Of a DNA stretch of 64,000 bases, positions 49,343 to 64,000 are shown in pieces. Under the pieces are notes generated by a model. It had not been told where the DNA came from, made no database searches, and worked only from the letters and a program-made list of their open reading frames with translations. A program made the position numbers and the translations under genes. This DNA comes from Eledone cirrhosa (taxonomy: Eukaryota). Location: assembly GCA_964016885.1 (NCBI GenBank), contig CAXHJY010000644.1:141549-205548 (forward strand), given 5' to 3'. Position 1 is the stretch's first letter. Each line of letters opens with the position of its first letter.

Positions 49343-49381
<39 letters not shown>

Positions 49382-49604
49382 CACATATATATATATATAT
49401 ACACACATATATATATATACACACACATATATATATATATAAATATATATACACATATATATATATATATACACACACACATATATATATATACACACAC
49501 ACATATATATATATATACACACACACATATATATATATATATATACACACACATATATATATATATATATACACACACACATATATATATATATATATAC
49601 ACAC

Positions 49605-49681
<77 letters not shown>

Positions 49682-49692
49682 TATATATATAT

Positions 49693-49773
<81 letters not shown>

Positions 49774-49784
49774 TATATATATAT

Positions 49785-49855
<71 letters not shown>

Positions 49856-49896
49856 TATATATATATATATATACACACATATATATATATATATAT

Positions 49897-49995
<99 letters not shown>

Positions 49996-50046
49996 AACAT
50001 ATATATACACATACATATATATACACATATACACATATGTATATAT

Positions 50047-51245
50047 AGAAAACTAGGTGTAGATGAATGGCTTGTGAGAAATATACAAGCTATGTATAAT
50101 GAAACAGTCAGTAAGGTTAGAATTAACAATGAATATTGTGAATTAGCCCCCTCCTATTTATTATTGCCCTTCAGGCTATAACAGAGGAGTTCAAGACCAG
50201 CTGCCCATGGGAACTCCTATACGCAGATGATCTAACGCTCATAGCTGAATCTATGGCTGAACTAAAGAAATCTAAACATGGAAGCATGGCCTAAAATCAA
50301 AAGTACCTTAAACTTAACTTGTCTAAGACTAAAGTCCTAGTTTGTAGAAAGGAAAATAAGGCACAGGTACCCTCAGGGAAATGGCCATGTTCAGTGTGTA
50401 GGAAAGGAGTAGGCAGAAATTCCATTTTATGTCCCAAATGCAAAGTATGGGTACATAAAAGATGTAGTGGGATTACAGGTAAACTATCTAAGAACGTAGA
50501 TTTTATATGTGGCCGATGCTCTGGTGCAATAAGTAGCAAGTGTCCAAAGGATACTAGCTCCTTCGGAATGACCCCATTCTGTATGACTTGGTTTACTATC
50601 TGGGTGACCATAGTATGTCCCACCGTTCCAGATGCTTTCAGCATTACAGCAACTATTTCCGAAGGCCCAGCCGCCTTACCCGTCTTCATATCTTTGATTG
50701 CCTTACTTATTATACTACCTTTAACTTGCACTACTTGTCCCTCTATTGGATCGATGTGGGGAGACTGTCTTTCTCCCATTTATTCTCCTCATTTAGTAGC
50801 CTTTCGTAGTGACACTTCCAAGCTACCTTCTTATCAGCGTCAGTGATGGCAAGTACACCGTCATCATTCAAGACACACTTCTCCCCGACAATATCACGGT
50901 TTTCCTTGACACATTGCCTAGCAACCCTGAACACCTCACGTTTTTGGTCCTCGCGTTGTAGAACATGCTTGAACTTTCTTTCCTCTGCTTCCCTTCTTGC
51001 GAAGTACACTTGTCTCCTAGCTTCCCTCCTGGCCACTTGATAGTCTTCTCTACTTCCCCCATCCCGCAATACTTTCCAAGCCTGCTTTTTGGCCTTAATT
51101 CACTCCTCCACCACGACGTTACTCTCCTCCTGCCTATAGGCCTGCTCCAGCCACAGACTTCATCTGCCGCCTTCAGTAGGTTACCTTTCAGGAATTCCCA
51201 CTGTTCCTCTATATTGTACGACTCTAATTGCTCTTCCTTACTGTC
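50047..51245. mobile_element. Rearranged RTE fragments (plus 50047-50557, minus 50560-51245) of the same family as 52200-54581
   Basis: Both arms are highly similar to parts of the 52200 ORF and are joined tail to tail. Confidence 0.85.
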
Positions 51246-51425
51246 AAAAACATAAACATGTCAAAGCATCAACATGTATATATATATACATACACCCACA
51301 TGTATATATATATATATACATACACCCACATGTATATATATATATATACATACACACACATGTATATATATATATATACATACACACACATGTATGTATA
51401 TATATATATATATAAATACACACAC

Positions 51426-51610
51426 GGTGGATTGGCAGTATCGGTAGAGGGTCGGACGCTATGCTTTGACGCATAGAGTTACGGCCCTTGCCATTCTGAG
51501 TTCAAATCCCGCCGAGGTTAACTTTGCCTTTCATCCTTACGGGGTCGATAAAATAAAGTACCAGTAATGTACTGGGTAATTTGCTGGCCTTGTGCCAATA
51601 GTAGAAACAA
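51426..51610 (+). mobile_element. tRNA-derived SINE
   Basis: A box, B box and conserved body; inserted in microsatellite. Confidence 0.85.
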
Positions 51611-52199
51611 TATATATATACATACACACATACATATATATATATATACATACACACATACATATATATATACATACACACATACATATATATATACATA
51701 CACACACACATATATATATACATACACACACACATATATATATACATACACACACACATATATATATACATACACACACATATATATATATACATACACA
51801 CATATATACATGTATATATATACACATACATATATACATACACACATATATATATATATATACATACACATATATATATACATACACATACATATATACA
51901 TGTATATATATACACACATACATATATACATGTATATATATACACACATACATATATACATATATATATATACATACACATATACATATATATATACATA
52001 CACACATACATATATACATATATATATACATACACACATATACATACACACACATGTATATATATATATACATACACATATATATATATACATACACACA
52101 CACATCTATATATATATCTATAGATATATATATAGATAAATATACACAGCTGTGTATGATTGTGTATAGAAGATAATATTAATAAAAGGAATTCCAACT

Positions 52200-54581
52200 T
52201 TGTCTGTTGTTAACACTAAATCCCTCCCCCATGAAGAATGCACCTCCCAACATAGACTGATAATTAGCGACCTCATAGTCAGGACGAGACGTACTCGACA
52301 ACAGAAGAGGACTATCCTCAGGAGGAAAATATGGAAGTTAAAGGACCCCACAGCCAGGAATAAATTTCAAAGCATATTACTTGATGCTTTCGACAGTAAG
52401 GAAGAACATTTAGAGTCGGACAATATAGAGGGAGAGTGGGAATTTCTGAAAGCAAACCTGCTGTTGGCGACAGACGAGGTCTGTGGCTGGAGCAGGCCTG
52501 TAGGCAGGAGGAGAGTAACATGGTGGTGGAACAGTAAGGTGGAGGGGTCAATTAAGGCCAAAAAGCAGGCTTGGAAAGTATGGCGGGATGGGGGAAGTAG
52601 AGAGGACTATCAAGTGGCCAGGAGGGAAGCTAGGAGACAAGTGTACTTAGCAAGAAGGGAAGCTGAGGAAAGAAAGTTCAAGCATGTTCTACAACGCGAT
52701 GACCAAAAACGTGAGGTGTTCAGGATTGCTAGGCAATGCGTCAAGGAAAACCGTGATATTGTCGGGGAGAAGTGTGTACTAAACGACGATGGCACACTTG
52801 CCATCACCGACGCTGATAAGAAGGTAGCTTGGAAGTGTCACTATGAAAGGCTTCTAAATGAGGAGAATAATTGGGAGAAAGGCAGTCTCCCCCATATCGA
52901 CCCAATAGAGGGACCAGCAGTGTTAGTCGAGGGGAGTATAATAAGTAAGGCAATCAAGGATATGAAGACTGGTAAGGCGGCTGGGCCTTCGGAAATAGTT
53001 GCTGAGATGCTGAAGGCATCTGGCACGGTGGGACACACCATGGTCACCCGCATAGTTAACCAAGTCGTACAAAACGGGGTTGTTCCGAAGGACTGGCATA
53101 GCAGCATCATCGTTAACTGTTATAAGGGTAAAGGAGACGCCCTAGATAGGAGTAACTATAGAGGCATTAAATTAATCGACCAGGTCATGAAGGTCACGGA
53201 AAGAGTAATAGCGCAGCTAATCAGAGAGAGAATTGACCTAGATGAAATGCAGTTCGGGTTTGTGTCAGGCAAAAGTACCACAGACGCTCTTTTCATAGTA
53301 CGACAACTACAAGAGAAGTACCTAGCTAAAGGTAAACCCCTCTACTTAGCTTTTGTCGACTTGGAGAAAGCCTTCGACAGAGTCCCCCGCTCCATTATCT
53401 GGTGGGCTCTTAGAAAACTAGGCGTTGACGAATGGCTTGTGAGGGCTATACAAGCCATGTATAAAGAAACAGTCAGCAAGGTTAGAATTAACAACGAATA
53501 TAGTGAAGAGTTTAGCGTAAAAGTCGGCGTCCATCAGGGCTCTGTTCTCAGTCCACTACTATTTATTATTGCCCTTCAGGCCATAACAGAGGAGTTCAAG
53601 ACAGGCTGCCCATGGGAACTCCTATACGCAGACGACCTGACACTCATAGCGGAATCAATGGCCGAGCTAGAGAAGAAATTCCAAACATGGAAGCACGGCC
53701 TAGAGTCAAAAGGACTTAAAATTAACCTGGCTAAGACCAAAGTACTAGTTTGTAGGAAAGAAAACAAGGCGGCGGTCCCTTCTGGGAAATGGTCGTGCTC
53801 GGTGTGTAGGAAAGGCGTAGGTAGAAACTCCATTTTATGTCCTAAATGCAAAGTATGGGTGCATAAAAGATGTAGTGGGATCACAGGTAGGCTAACTAAG
53901 AACATAGATTTTACATGTGGCCGGTGCTCTGGTGCAATAAGTAGCAGCAAGTGCCCACAAACTACTAGCTCTTTCAATTGCGCAGAGGGTTCTATAGAAA
54001 TAGTGGACAGCTTCCGTTACCTGGGCGATAAAATCAGCAGTGGGGGAGGGTGCTCTGAAAGTACTGTAGCTAGAGTCAGAACTGGTTGGAAAAAGTTCAG
54101 AGAGCTTATACCACTATTAGCTGCTAAAGGGTTCTCACTAAAAATGAAAGGCAGGTTGTACGATGCCTGCATACGAACAGCAATGCTGCATGGCAGTGAG
54201 ACCTGGGCATTGTGTGCAGAGGATATACGCAGACTAGAGAGGAACGAAGCTTGCATGCTCCGCTGGATGTGTAACAGTAATATACGTGAACGGCAAAGCA
54301 TAAACGAACTAAGGAATAAATTAGAGATAAGAGGGATCAGATGTTGTTTACTCGAGAGAAGGCTACGTTGGTATGGACACGTGATGCGCATGAAAGTCGA
54401 TAGCTGTATAACAAAGTGCAGGGCAATAAAGATAGACGGTAGTCACGGAATAGGCAGATCTAGAAAAACCTGGGACGAGCTGATAAACTCCGACATCACA
54501 CACTTACACCTCTCCAAGACAATGTCACTGGACCGAGACCTTTGGCGGTACTCAGTAACAGAGAAGACCCGCCTTACCTAA
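52200..54581 (+). CDS. RTE-clade LINE ORF, 5'-truncated in the endonuclease, with RT and PHD-like finger; frame open
   Basis: [58 protein letters not shown]. Confidence 0.9.
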   Translation: MSVVNTKSLPHEECTSQHRLIISDLIVRTRRTRQQKRTILRRKIWKLKDPTARNKFQSILLDAFDSKEEHLESDNIEGEWEFLKANLLLATDEVCGWSRPVGRRRVTWWWNSKVEGSIKAKKQAWKVWRDGGSREDYQVARREARRQVYLARREAEERKFKHVLQRDDQKREVFRIARQCVKENRDIVGEKCVLNDDGTLAITDADKKVAWKCHYERLLNEENNWEKGSLPHIDPIEGPAVLVEGSIISKAIKDMKTGKAAGPSEIVAEMLKASGTVGHTMVTRIVNQVVQNGVVPKDWHSSIIVNCYKGKGDALDRSNYRGIKLIDQVMKVTERVIAQLIRERIDLDEMQFGFVSGKSTTDALFIVRQLQEKYLAKGKPLYLAFVDLEKAFDRVPRSIIWWALRKLGVDEWLVRAIQAMYKETVSKVRINNEYSEEFSVKVGVHQGSVLSPLLFIIALQAITEEFKTGCPWELLYADDLTLIAESMAELEKKFQTWKHGLESKGLKINLAKTKVLVCRKENKAAVPSGKWSCSVCRKGVGRNSILCPKCKVWVHKRCSGITGRLTKNIDFTCGRCSGAISSSKCPQTTSSFNCAEGSIEIVDSFRYLGDKISSGGGCSESTVARVRTGWKKFRELIPLLAAKGFSLKMKGRLYDACIRTAMLHGSETWALCAEDIRRLERNEACMLRWMCNSNIRERQSINELRNKLEIRGIRCCLLERRLRWYGHVMRMKVDSCITKCRAIKIDGSHGIGRSRKTWDELINSDITHLHLSKTMSLDRDLWRYSVTEKTRLT

Positions 54582-54739
54582 ATATATAGTAAAACCTACT
54601 CCAGCCAGTAGGCATCTCTAACAAATACACCCCGTCCCACCACCCCCACCCGATCCACACCACCCCGTTCTATGTAAAGTTATGTTGGTGCCGCGCCATC
54701 GAGGCCGAAACAAATGAGATCGTGTAGGTGTCACGACAA

Positions 54740-54973
54740 AAAAACACACAGTCCACGCTGTAATGTGGCCGTGTAGGCAACACGGTAAAAACCTCCCAGA
54801 CCCACACTGTAAATGTGGTTGGTGTTAGGAAGGGCATCCAACTGTAGAAAACCTGCCAGACAGTCCTATGCGAGCAAGACAATCACTCTTGCCTCAAGTG
54901 GGACTACCCCCGTCCAAACCCATGCAAGCGTGGAACACGGACGTTAAACGCTGATGATGATGATGATGATGAT
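54740..54973 (+). mobile_element. RTE-related short non-autonomous element
   Basis: GGTGTTAGGAAGGGCATCCA...CGGACGTTAAA-(TGA)n, as at 20340. Confidence 0.75.
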
Positions 54974-55029
54974 ACATACATATATATATATATATATATA
55001 CATACACATATATATATATATATATACAT

Positions 55030-55063
<34 letters not shown>

Positions 55064-55289
55064 CTACATACACACACACATATATATATATATATATAAT
55101 ATATAAGATCAAAAGATGGTTAAAGGAGTTCCATGTATTTTATTATGCGCATTTCAAAAGCAAACATCATCATGCAATAATATTTGTGTTTTCATCAGAT
55201 AAAACAGGAGAACATGATATGAAGGCTAAAAGACACTTGTGGATAGTGCAGTTTTAAATCAATATTGTACTACAATAAAACTCACCTCC

Positions 55290-55369
<80 letters not shown>

Positions 55370-55406
55370 CATACACACACACATATATATATATATATAC
55401 ATACAT

Positions 55407-55437
<31 letters not shown>

Positions 55438-55622
55438 CATACATACACACATATATATATATATACATACACACATATATATATATATACATACACACAT
55501 ATATATATATATACATACACACACACATATATATATATATATACATACACACACATATATGTATACATACACACACACACATATATATATATATATACAT
55601 ACACACACATATATGTATACAT

Positions 55623-55675
<53 letters not shown>

Positions 55676-55715
55676 CATATATATATATACATACATATAT
55701 ATATATACATATATA

Positions 55716-56918
55716 TATTCTCTACTGAGAAAGCTGTCCAATATTGGTGTCACTGGAAAGCTGCTGCAGTGGATCAAGAGCTTCCTGTCAAACAGAACCC
55801 AACATGTTGTAGTTGAAGGAGTCAAATCCAGCCCAGCCAAAGTCAGTAGTGGGGTCCCACAAGGCACTGTGTTGGGCCCACTTCTCTTCATCATCTATAT
55901 TAATGACATCACTGACATCATCAAACACAGCAATATTAACATTTTCGCTGATGATTCCAAGCTCCAAAAGGTCATCAATGGCGTGGATGACCGGATAAGC
56001 CTTCAGTCAGACCTACTGGCTGTTACCCAATGGGCGGAAAAGAACAACATGTTACTGAACGAAGACAAATTCGAACTGATCCACTTTGGAAAAGAGGATG
56101 CTCTGAAACTCCCGTACTCCCTTCCCTCCGGGGAAACTCTCGTGGCATCTAACAACATCAGAGACTTGGGAGTAACCGTGGACAGCAACATAAGCTGGGC
56201 CACGCATATAAGCAGCAAAGTTGACATGGCCCGCAGAATGTGTTCTTGGATCCTCAGAACCTTCCAGTCGAGAGATTCCCACACCATTATCCTTCTCTTC
56301 TCTACTTTTGCCCGACCACACCTTGAATACTGTTGTCCACTGTGGTCTCCCCACACGAAACAAAGTATCATGAAACTTGAAGCTCCTCAAAGGGAAATCA
56401 CGAAAAAGATAGATGGCATGTCAGACCTTGACTACTGGGGTCGACTAGAAAACCTGAAACTTTACTCACTCCAACGTCGCCGTGAGCGTTATATTATCTG
56501 CATGATGTGGAAAATGTTCCATCATCACTGCCCAAATGATGTTGGCATCGCCTTCAAGATACAACCAAGGCTTGGGCCCCGTGCTATCCGTCCCATACAA
56601 AAATCTAAATCGCAACTCATAACAACAATACGGCACAATTATTTCACCTCAATCGGCCCTGCTCTCTTCAACATCACACCAGGACACGTCAAAACAGAAA
56701 CTGACCACACAAAATTCAAGAAGTCTTTGGACAAATTCCTCCAAGTAATCCCGGACAAACCACCCACACCCGGATATGTCTCCGCAAACAGTAATTCTCT
56801 TCTCGAATGGGCCATGGTGCCCAAATCCTGAATTGAAAGACTTCGCCAGGTGGTGCTATTAAGTTAGACATGGCCTGGGCCAATACTGGCCAAAACATTT
56901 CAAAGTTATTCAAAGTTA
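55716..56918 (+). mobile_element. CR1-group LINE, 5'-truncated RT/3' end (ORF to 56831)
   Basis: [42 protein letters not shown]. Short tandem tail TTCAAAGTTA x2. Confidence 0.88.
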
Positions 56919-57357
56919 TATATATATATATATATATATATACATACATATATATATATACATACACATATATATATATACATACATATATATATATACA
57001 TACAGATATATATATATACATACACACATATATATATACATATATATACATACACACATATATATATATACACACATTTATATATATATATACATACACA
57101 CACACATATATATATACACACATACACACACACATATATATATACACACATACACACACATATATATATATACATAGACACATATATATATATATATACA
57201 CACATATATATATATACACACATATATATATATATATACACACATATATATATATACACACATACACACATATATATATACACACATACACACACATATA
57301 TATATATATATACACACACATAAATATATATATATATATACATACACATATATATAT

Positions 57358-57913
57358 ATGGTAAATTTCTTTAAGTCGTTTGGAAGCCTCGACAATGCAA
57401 ATGGGTAAATCTCCGGGTAACAAGATCCGGTGGTGGAGAGAGAGATGTAGTGGGTGTACGTTGTGATGCGTGGTGTGTATAAGATGTGTAGAGGAATGAA
57501 GGAAAGAGTATAAAGGATAAAAATAAAAATAACAACACGAGAGAGAGTCACCTTGGGAGAGATTTAATTGTCCCTATATATTTCGGATACACATCCATCA
57601 ACATCGGAGGACGCGTTTCGCACCTTTCCGACAGACAACCTTTCCCCCACCCCGGAAAAAAACCCCAGTTGATGGATGTGAATCCGAAATATATAGGGAC
57701 AATTAAATCTCTCCCAAGGTAACTCCAAGGTAAAGTGTTGTTATATATTTTATCCTTTATACTCTTCCCTTTATTCTTCTACACATCTTACACATACCAC
57801 GAATCTCAACGTACACCCACTTACATCTCTCTCTCTCCACCACCGGATTTTGTTACCCGGAGATTTACCCATTTGCTTTTAAGAGGTTTCCAAACGACTT
57901 AAAGAAATTTACC
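57358..57913. repeat. Diverged inverted pLTR pair (arms ~57358-57602 and ~57668-57913) with a variant hammerhead-like motif
   Basis: The arms are reverse complements with scattered differences. GTTGAT-GGAT-GTG[A/T]-ATCC-GAAA-TATATA-GGG is in both arms, and it is related to 12635-12695. Confidence 0.75.
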
Positions 57914-57952
57914 TTATCATTCCACAATGCTTCAAGCAAACTTCAATACTCT

Positions 57953-58001
<49 letters not shown>

Positions 58002-58304
58002 GTATATATATATGCACACATATATATACACACATATATATATACATACATACACACATACATATATATACACACATATATATATACACACATACACACA
58101 CATATATATATACACACATACACACACACATATATATATGTACACACATAGACATAAATATACACACATACATATATATACATACACATATATATATATA
58201 CATACACTCACATATATATATATATATACATACACTCACATATATATATATAAATACACACACATATATATATATACATACACACACACACATATATATA
58301 TATA

Positions 58305-58737
58305 GGTTCCGTGGCCGCACACACAAATTCACGTATATATCTGCTCATGCTTGCATACGTGCAGTTATGAACTGCTGCACGCACACGTTCGAGATTTATT
58401 TATATATCTATATATTTATATATTTATCTATATATCTATCTATCTATATATCTATCTATATATCTATCTAATTTATTTATTTATTTATTTATTTGTTTAT
58501 CTGTTTGTTTGTTTGTTTGTTAGAATAGTGAATGGTAAATAATAAATAATAATTATTTACTTGATGATATTAATAATTTAGTAGTGATAATAAATATTTT
58601 AATCTTCTATCAGGCTCAGTTTATAATTTGTCCCACTACTTTTTCCCAATATATATGTGTGTGAACGAGTGCGTGTACGTGTATATGTGTATGTATTTGT
58701 ATGTGTGTATGTGTATGTATGTGTGTGTGCATATATA

Positions 58738-58784
<47 letters not shown>

Positions 58785-58925
58785 ATATATGTATATATAT
58801 ATATATATATATATGTGTGTATGTATGTGCTTGTGTATGTATGTGTGTGTATGTATGTGTGTGTATATGTATGTATATGTATGTATAGTATAGTTTATAC
58901 CGAGAGACATACATACATGTATATG

Positions 58926-58959
<34 letters not shown>

Positions 58960-59047
58960 TGTAGATATGTATATATATGTGTGTATGCATATATGTGTGT
59001 GTATGTGTATGCGTGTGTGTGTATATGTGTGTATGTGCTTTTTTGTG

Positions 59048-59080
<33 letters not shown>

Positions 59081-59714
59081 AGATATATATATACATGTGT
59101 GTGTAAGTGTTTATGTATGTGGTTGTGAGTATGTAAATATATTTTATTCTTTTCATTCTACAAAAACACTCTGGCCACCTGTAGCTTGTATGTTAACTTG
59201 ACCACTCACCTTAGAACAATGGTCTGTCCATGATTCTGTCTTGTTTATCTTCTAATACCAACCCACCTAAAAAAAAAAAAATGTCCCTAATTTATATCTG
59301 TTGAATTACTATTCTTGGGGTTTTTATTTATTTATTTATCTATTTATTCATTTACTTATTTACTTATTTCTTTATTTATTTACTTATTTATTTACTTTTT
59401 CTTTTTATTTTTATTTTACAAAAGCACTCTGGCTAATTGACCACTCCCCAAAGAAAAAGCGGTCTGTGCCATGTTGTGGTCCTGTGTATCTAAATACCAT
59501 CCTACCCCCCCCCCATCCACCACACCTCCCTTACCACTACCTAAATGTATAAATACCAGAACTTAATATGACACCCAGCTTCCTGAAGATTTCATCTGAA
59601 TGAAACAGTACTAGTCCTGTAGAAGCTCCTTCTATACAATAAATATATTTTACTCTGCCATGTATTGAGTACCTTACTTACTGTGGTTATCCCCGACTCA
59701 ACCCGGGACCTACG
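58305..59714 (+). mobile_element. Penelope-like 3' UTR/pLTR copy of the family at 2744-4740
   Basis: 58305-58400 mirrors 4650-4740 and 59100-59712 mirrors 2744-3350. Same 3' end, CTCAACCCGGGAC.TACG. Confidence 0.85.
59577..59627 (+). ncRNA. Minimal type I hammerhead ribozyme
   Basis: Identical to 9399-9449 although the flanks have diverged. Confidence 0.85.
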
Positions 59715-59866
59715 TATACATACACACATATATATATATATATACATACACACACATATATATATACACACATATATATATACACACATACACACACATA
59801 TATATATATATATACACACATACACACACATATATATATACACACATACACATATATATATACACA

Positions 59867-59926
<60 letters not shown>

Positions 59927-59965
59927 CATATATACATATATACATATATACATATACATATATAC

Positions 59966-60028
<63 letters not shown>

Positions 60029-60403
60029 CATATATATACATACACACATATATATTTTGTATACATACACACACATATATATACATATACATACACATAT
60101 ATATATATACATATACATATATATATATACATATACATATATACATATACACATATATATATATATATATACATACACACACATATATATACATATACAT
60201 ATATATATATACATATACATATATATATATACATATACACATATATATATATATATACATACACACACATATATATATATACATACATACACACATATAT
60301 ATATATACATACATACACATATATATATATATACATACATACACACATATATATATATACATACATACACACACATATATATATATATATATACATACAC
60401 ACA

Positions 60404-63400
60404 CTCTTTTACTCTTTTACCTGTTTCAGCCATCCGGCTGAGGCCATGCTGGGGCACCGCCCTTGTTGCTGCACATTTTATCTCCAGCCTGTATAGGTTG
60501 GCCACTGGTGTAAGAGGGAGTTTGTTGCTGCTGCCCTTAGCTTTCCCTCCTGTCTTGCTGTGGGCTCATCCGGGATCCTGGATAACAAGGTGTCGAGATG
60601 TTTCTTGAAGACATCCACCTCCACGTCATGCAAATCTCTCAGATCCCTCGGCAGCTTGTTGAAGAGTTGAGGGCCCTTGAATCCCAGGCTATTGCAATAC
60701 CTGCTCCTTATTCTAGATGTGGAAGACGGGACCTTTGGCACCACACAGTGACGTCCTGTTCGACGGTTGGTCCAGCTCCCAATGCCAAAGTTTGGTGCTA
60801 GTCCCTCCAGGATTTTCCACATGTAGATCACTGCGTATCTCTCCCGTCTTCGTTCCAAGGAGTAGAGGTTCAGTTCCTTTAGCCTCTCCCAGTAGCTTGT
60901 CTCCCTCATCTTGGCAATCCTCTTGGTGTAGCTTCGCTGGATTGCCTCAAGCTCCGTGGTTAGTTTGACACTATGGGGTGACCACAACTGGGAGCAGTAG
61001 TCCAGGCGGCTTAGGACAAATGTCCTCCATAGTGTCAACATGGTGTTGTCGATCTCTTGTCCGGAAAGTCCTCAAGATCCAGCCAGCGAGTCGTCTGCAC
61101 ATTGTCGCCACTTTCATGATGTGTGAAGAAAAAGATGCATCATTGCTCATGTCTATGCCCAGGTCTCGTATCGATTTTGACACGGGGATATTGGTCCCTC
61201 CTGGTCCTGTGTAGTTGTGTTGTACTATATTTGTGATTGCAGGTTTGTTTGGAGGTTTTTATTGTAGGGCTTGGGATTTGCTAGCATTAAACTGCATGTT
61301 GTTTTCTTCCGCCCATCTGTATATGGCATCCAGATCCTGCTGTAAAAGGGCAGCGTCAGCCGAGTTTTTGATTGCCTGTGCTACCTTAGTGTCATCAGCA
61401 TAGCTAGTGAGGGATGTTGTTGTATGTACTACAGAGGGCATGTCTGAGAGAGCCACCAAAAACAGTAGTGGTCCCAAGACTGTCCCCTGGGGCACCCCAC
61501 TTGTTATTGGTGTTTCCTTTGAGAGGGCCCCATTTGCTGCGACTGCCTGGCTTCTGTCCTTTAGGAAGTCATGCAGCCACTCACCTACTTTTCCAGTTAT
61601 GCCGAGTCCGTGTAGTTTGTGACATATCATTCCGTGGTCGACCTTGTCAAAGGCCTTCGCAAAGTCAAGATATATTACGTCCACATGTGAGCTGACTAGT
61701 AGTTGTTTCAGTACCCAGTCGTAGTGATGTAGCAGCTGTGTAAGGCAGCTTCTTCCTGGGCGGAAGCCATGTTGCGTGCTAGTCAGGCGGTCATTTTCCT
61801 CGAGGAAAGTGATCAGTTTCTTTCTGACGACTCGCTCCATGACCTTACTGATATGCGACGTCAGGGAGAATGGCCTATAGTTTTTGGCCTCCGCTCTGCT
61901 ACCTCCTTTATGGATAGGGAATATTGTGCCTTCTTTCAGCTCCCTGGGTAGTACACCGCTAGCCAAGGAGCTTCTGAAGAGCATCTTCAGTGGAGTTGCT
62001 AAGGCCTGCTTACATATTTTTAAGAGAACTGCTGGGAATCCATCAGGTCCAGCAGCCGAGTCTGTTCTAATTTCATCAATGGCGTACACCACATCCTCCT
62101 CCGTTATGTCTATGTGGTTGATGGTTGCCATTTCTTCATGTAGTGTTGTGGCATCAAAGAACTCCTCTGGCTTCGTTATTTGCATGTGCCTCAGTGGACA
62201 TGTGAACACACTTTTGTACTTTTCGTTCAGTATTTCACATATCTCTTGGGGGTTTTCGGTTAATGAACCGTCCGTATGGAAGAGTGGCCCAATCTTGCAG
62301 TGTACTGAGGCAGTTTCTTTTGCATATTTAAAGAAGGCCTTAGGGTTTGTTTTAATGTTTTCTATGGCCCCGTTCTCTTTCTTTGCCCTCTCATTCTCAT
62401 GGGAAAGCTTGAGTGCAATCTCGGTGCCAAGTAATGCACATTTCAAATAGGATTCCTTCTTGTTTTTGTTTTGTTGACTATTCAACTGGTTTGAAAGTTT
62501 GGTTCTATGTCTCATAAGGATTTTCCTATCTCTGGGAATAAGATTTTTGTGTCTGTTTGCCTCTTTCTCCGGGACAAACTTTTTGCATATAGTGTGTATC
62601 GTTGTCATGAAGTGTTGAAATTGTGTGTTAGTGTCTTGTGTGGCGGTGTTTTCACTCCATGTTTGCTTCCGGATTTCTCTCTTAATCTTTTTCCAGTTAG
62701 TCTTGTAGAAGTTAAGGCTGGATAACGTCCTGGAGCTTCTTGGTGGTTTTGTCTCTGTTGGTTCTCTTGGACCACGTATCATTAGCTCTACTAAGTTATG
62801 ATCCGAGAGAATTGTTGGTGTCACATTTACATTGTGGATGAGCACTTTGTTGTTTGTAAAACAGAGGTCCAGGACATTTTCGCCCCTTGTTGGGAGGAGT
62901 ATTGCTTGCTCCATGAACAGCCTGTGTGTGAGGGCCAGCAGGGATTCCGTCTGTCTCTGTTCTATTGACGTCATTCCAAGGAGGAGGTGGCCCTCAGGCC
63001 ATTTGACCTTTGGTAGGTTGAAGTCTCCCAGCAGTAGAATGTTGAGACCCTGGTCCAGTTTGTCAAGGACCTCTTCTATCCTACTTAGGCTATCCTCAAA
63101 TTTACCCTCATGACTGGGGGCATCGGGCGGCCGATATGTGACACATATTACTGTCTGTAGTTGCTTCATATGTATTATCAGTGTGTCACAGACTGAGTTT
63201 GAATGTGTCAACAGTACAATTGGTGTGACATCTTCACGGATATACAGAGCAACCCCACCATGAGTTCTCTCCTTGCTGTCCGAACGAAATACAGTATATT
63301 TCGGTATATGTATTTCTGCATCTGCTATACTGCTTGTCAGGTGCGTTTCGGTTAGTGCCATGCATAGTGCTTGATTGCTTATGGCTAAGTCTCCGAGGTA

Positions 63401-64000
63401 GGAAATTTTACTCATGTTACTGAGTTTCACCAGGCCTCTGACATTCAGCAGCAGCACTGGTGTGACTTTTGGGGTGCCAGTAATGGCTGTCGGTATGACA
63501 CCTGGTCTGGTGTCAGCGGCGGCCACTCTGGGTCCCCTAGCTGTGGTGGTCTCGAGTGCTGGTGTGGGTGACCTTGGCTCTGGAAACGATGCAACCAGGT
63601 CAGCTGTCCCACAATCTTCTCTGCCATCACTAAAAAAAATGTTCTGATCTGCTGCTGCCATCTGTATCTCGTCGGCATGTGCGTGCCTTCTCCTTGTTGG
63701 TGCGGCACGCGCGACATCAGCATACTTCTGGAGCGGCTTAATTCGGCTTTGGCTGGAGCATGTTGCGCGAGTAGGATGGGCATAGTTCGTTTGAGACCTG
63801 GGGTGGGCGAATCTGCATCCCATCCCTGTCTCTCCATGCCAGCAGGTCCCGTTCTTGAAAAACTTGCACATTACTTGGGTTTTTTTTGCTCCCAGTGTCT
63901 CGGTGCTTTCTGTTCTTTCTTTGAACAGTTGTCCACTGGCCCCTCTGCGCTTGGTTCTCCTTTGGAAGGTGATTTCGCTTTTCACCTTTACCTTTTGCTT
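60404..64000 (-). mobile_element. CR1-group LINE (CCCH finger, APE endonuclease, RT), frameshifted near the 3' end and running off the window
   Basis: CKFFKNGTCWHGETGMGCRFAH, LTETHL, YRPP, GDFNLP, SDH, NYRPFSL, QHGFRPGRSC, YLDFAKAFD, GVPQG, YADD. Tail GTAAAAGA x2. Confidence 0.92.

Overview
This 64 kb window is AT-rich, saturated with microsatellites and made almost entirely of eukaryotic transposable elements. I recognise no host gene. The repeat mix suggests a mollusc, probably an octopus-type cephalopod (inference). Contents: (1) several Penelope-like retroelements (RT + GIY-YIG) with inverted pseudo-LTRs carrying hammerhead ribozyme (HHR) motifs; (2) RTE and CR1-type LINEs, RTE-derived non-autonomous elements and a tRNA-derived SINE; (3) an internally deleted classical Helitron (30123-33244); (4) two inverted copies of one Helentron/Helitron2-type rolling-circle element (20718-28722 minus, 38207-43926 plus). 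The standout is the minus copy. It holds an uninterrupted ~1,780-aa ORF in which the HUH Rep and PIF1 helicase are fused to a C-terminal ubiquitin-specific protease (USP/peptidase C19) domain with Cys box and His box intact. Also notable are non-canonical hammerhead-like motifs: a covarying C[A/C]GUUGAU core variant, a long-stem-II form, and a permuted core shared by two tandem arrays (493 and 612 bp units). Most short ORFs in the track are translations of (TA)n/(CA)n repeats.
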